A stretch of 64,000 bases of DNA from an uncultured Gemmatimonadales bacterium. GTDB lineage: Bacteria; Gemmatimonadota; Gemmatimonadetes; Longimicrobiales; Longimicrobiaceae. Of the stretch, positions 63,027 through 64,000 are shown piece after piece (position 1 is the first letter of the stretch; each line of letters begins with the position of its first letter). Made by a program: the position numbers and the translations under genes. The DNA is taken from the NCBI GenBank assembly GCA_963716255.1, contig OY970303.1, positions 8,320,001 through 8,384,000 on the forward strand, written 5' to 3'. The notes beneath the pieces were generated by a model, which was not told the origin of the DNA, made no database searches, and was given only the letters and a program-made list of their open reading frames with translations.

Positions 63027-63983
63027 ATGAAGAAGACGTACCCATCCCCGGGCCTTGTCGCGGCGCTCTGCGCCGGAGTGCTGCTCTACTCTCACGCGCC
63101 CTCCGCCGCCTCACAGGACCGCGGCACGCACGTACAGTGGGTGGAGGGTGAGAGGATGGTCCAGGTGAACGCGGAGGGCGAGGTGGAGTTCGCCGCCGAC
63201 AACACGGACGTGCTGCGGATCTCTCCCGGCGGCCGGCTGGCCGTGGAGGAGCAGCGCCGGGGGCGCCCCGTCCACCGGGTGGAGTTCGCCCCGGCGGGCG
63301 GCGAGCTCCGCCGGACGTACTTCGCTGACGGACGGAGGCGCGAGATGGATGCGGCCGCCCGGGCCTGGCTGGCGGGGGTCCTCCCGGAAGTGGCCCGGGA
63401 GAGCGCGATCGGGGCCGAGCGGCGCGTGGAGCGGCTCGTGGCCCGGGGTGGGATCGCCGGGGCCGTCCGCGAGGTGAGGAGGACGCGCAGCGACCAGGCG
63501 AAGCGCACCTACTACTCGCTCCTGCTGCGCAGACCCGGCCTGGAGCCGGAGAGCAGCGCGCAGGTGCTGGAGGCCGCGGCACGGACCATCGCTTCCGACG
63601 GCGACAAGAGCATGCTCCTCGCCCCCCTGGCGACGGTGATCCCGCTGCGATCGGAGGCGGTCCGGCGCGCGTACTTCGCGGCGGTGGCGAGCATCCGGAG
63701 CGGCGGCGACCGGAGGCGCGTCCTCACCTCGGTGCTGCGCGGCCGGGAGGTGTCGCCCACGGTCGCCGCCGCCGCGCTCCGCGCCGCGGCAACCATCCAG
63801 GGCGACGGGGACAAGGCGGCGGTCCTCCTGAGTCTCCCCCGCGGCCTGCGCACGGAAAGCGAGGTCCGCCGCAGCTACCTCAGTGCTGCCAGTACCATCG
63901 GCTCCGACGGCGACCGCGCCCGCGTCCTCGCCTACCTGTCCGCGCCGTCAGCCGCGGCAGCCGTTTCCACCTCCGCCGGCTAG
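63027..63983 (+). CDS. secreted protein with helical I-x-S-D-G-D-(K/R) repeats
   Basis: Signal peptide; repeats IASDGDK, IRSGGDR, IQGDGDK, IGSDGDR spaced ~35 aa apart. Confidence 0.8.
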   Translation: MKKTYPSPGLVAALCAGVLLYSHAPSAASQDRGTHVQWVEGERMVQVNAEGEVEFAADNTDVLRISPGGRLAVEEQRRGRPVHRVEFAPAGGELRRTYFADGRRREMDAAARAWLAGVLPEVARESAIGAERRVERLVARGGIAGAVREVRRTRSDQAKRTYYSLLLRRPGLEPESSAQVLEAAARTIASDGDKSMLLAPLATVIPLRSEAVRRAYFAAVASIRSGGDRRRVLTSVLRGREVSPTVAAAALRAAATIQGDGDKAAVLLSLPRGLRTESEVRRSYLSAASTIGSDGDRARVLAYLSAPSAAAAVSTSAG

Positions 63984-64000
63984 CTGGCGCTCCTGATCGC

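Overview
Very GC-rich bacterial chromosomal segment. Gene content and repeat style suggest Gemmatimonadota (Longimicrobium-like); this is inference. Positions 1-57.8 kb are mostly housekeeping genes: ku (partial), higA-like/parA, ldhA, rplU-rpmA, rng, acyl-CoA dehydrogenase, recQ, two convergent succinate dehydrogenase operons of different types, mdh, trmL, moaDEA, HU/IHF, carA, rnhA, lipB, 2-oxoacid dehydrogenase E1a/E1b/E2 and mrdA. Accessory modules include a pilin-chaperone-usher-like operon, a heme oxygenase-bacteriophytochrome pair and a vapBC-type toxin-antitoxin pair. A tRNA cluster (Glu, fMet, Val) is preceded by a lone 3' half of tRNA-Cys that marks the likely edge of an integrated element. 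That element carries an excisionase-like gene, pseudogene debris and a BlaI/M56-SLT signalling module with its own palindromic operator. The most striking unexplained signal is an ~130-bp structured intergenic element in 11 copies. It shows strong compensatory base changes, paired termini, a variable ACKGC micro-array at one end and modular add-on hairpins, and three inverted pairs of it enclose accessory genes. All calls were made by eye from motifs; no database searches were run.
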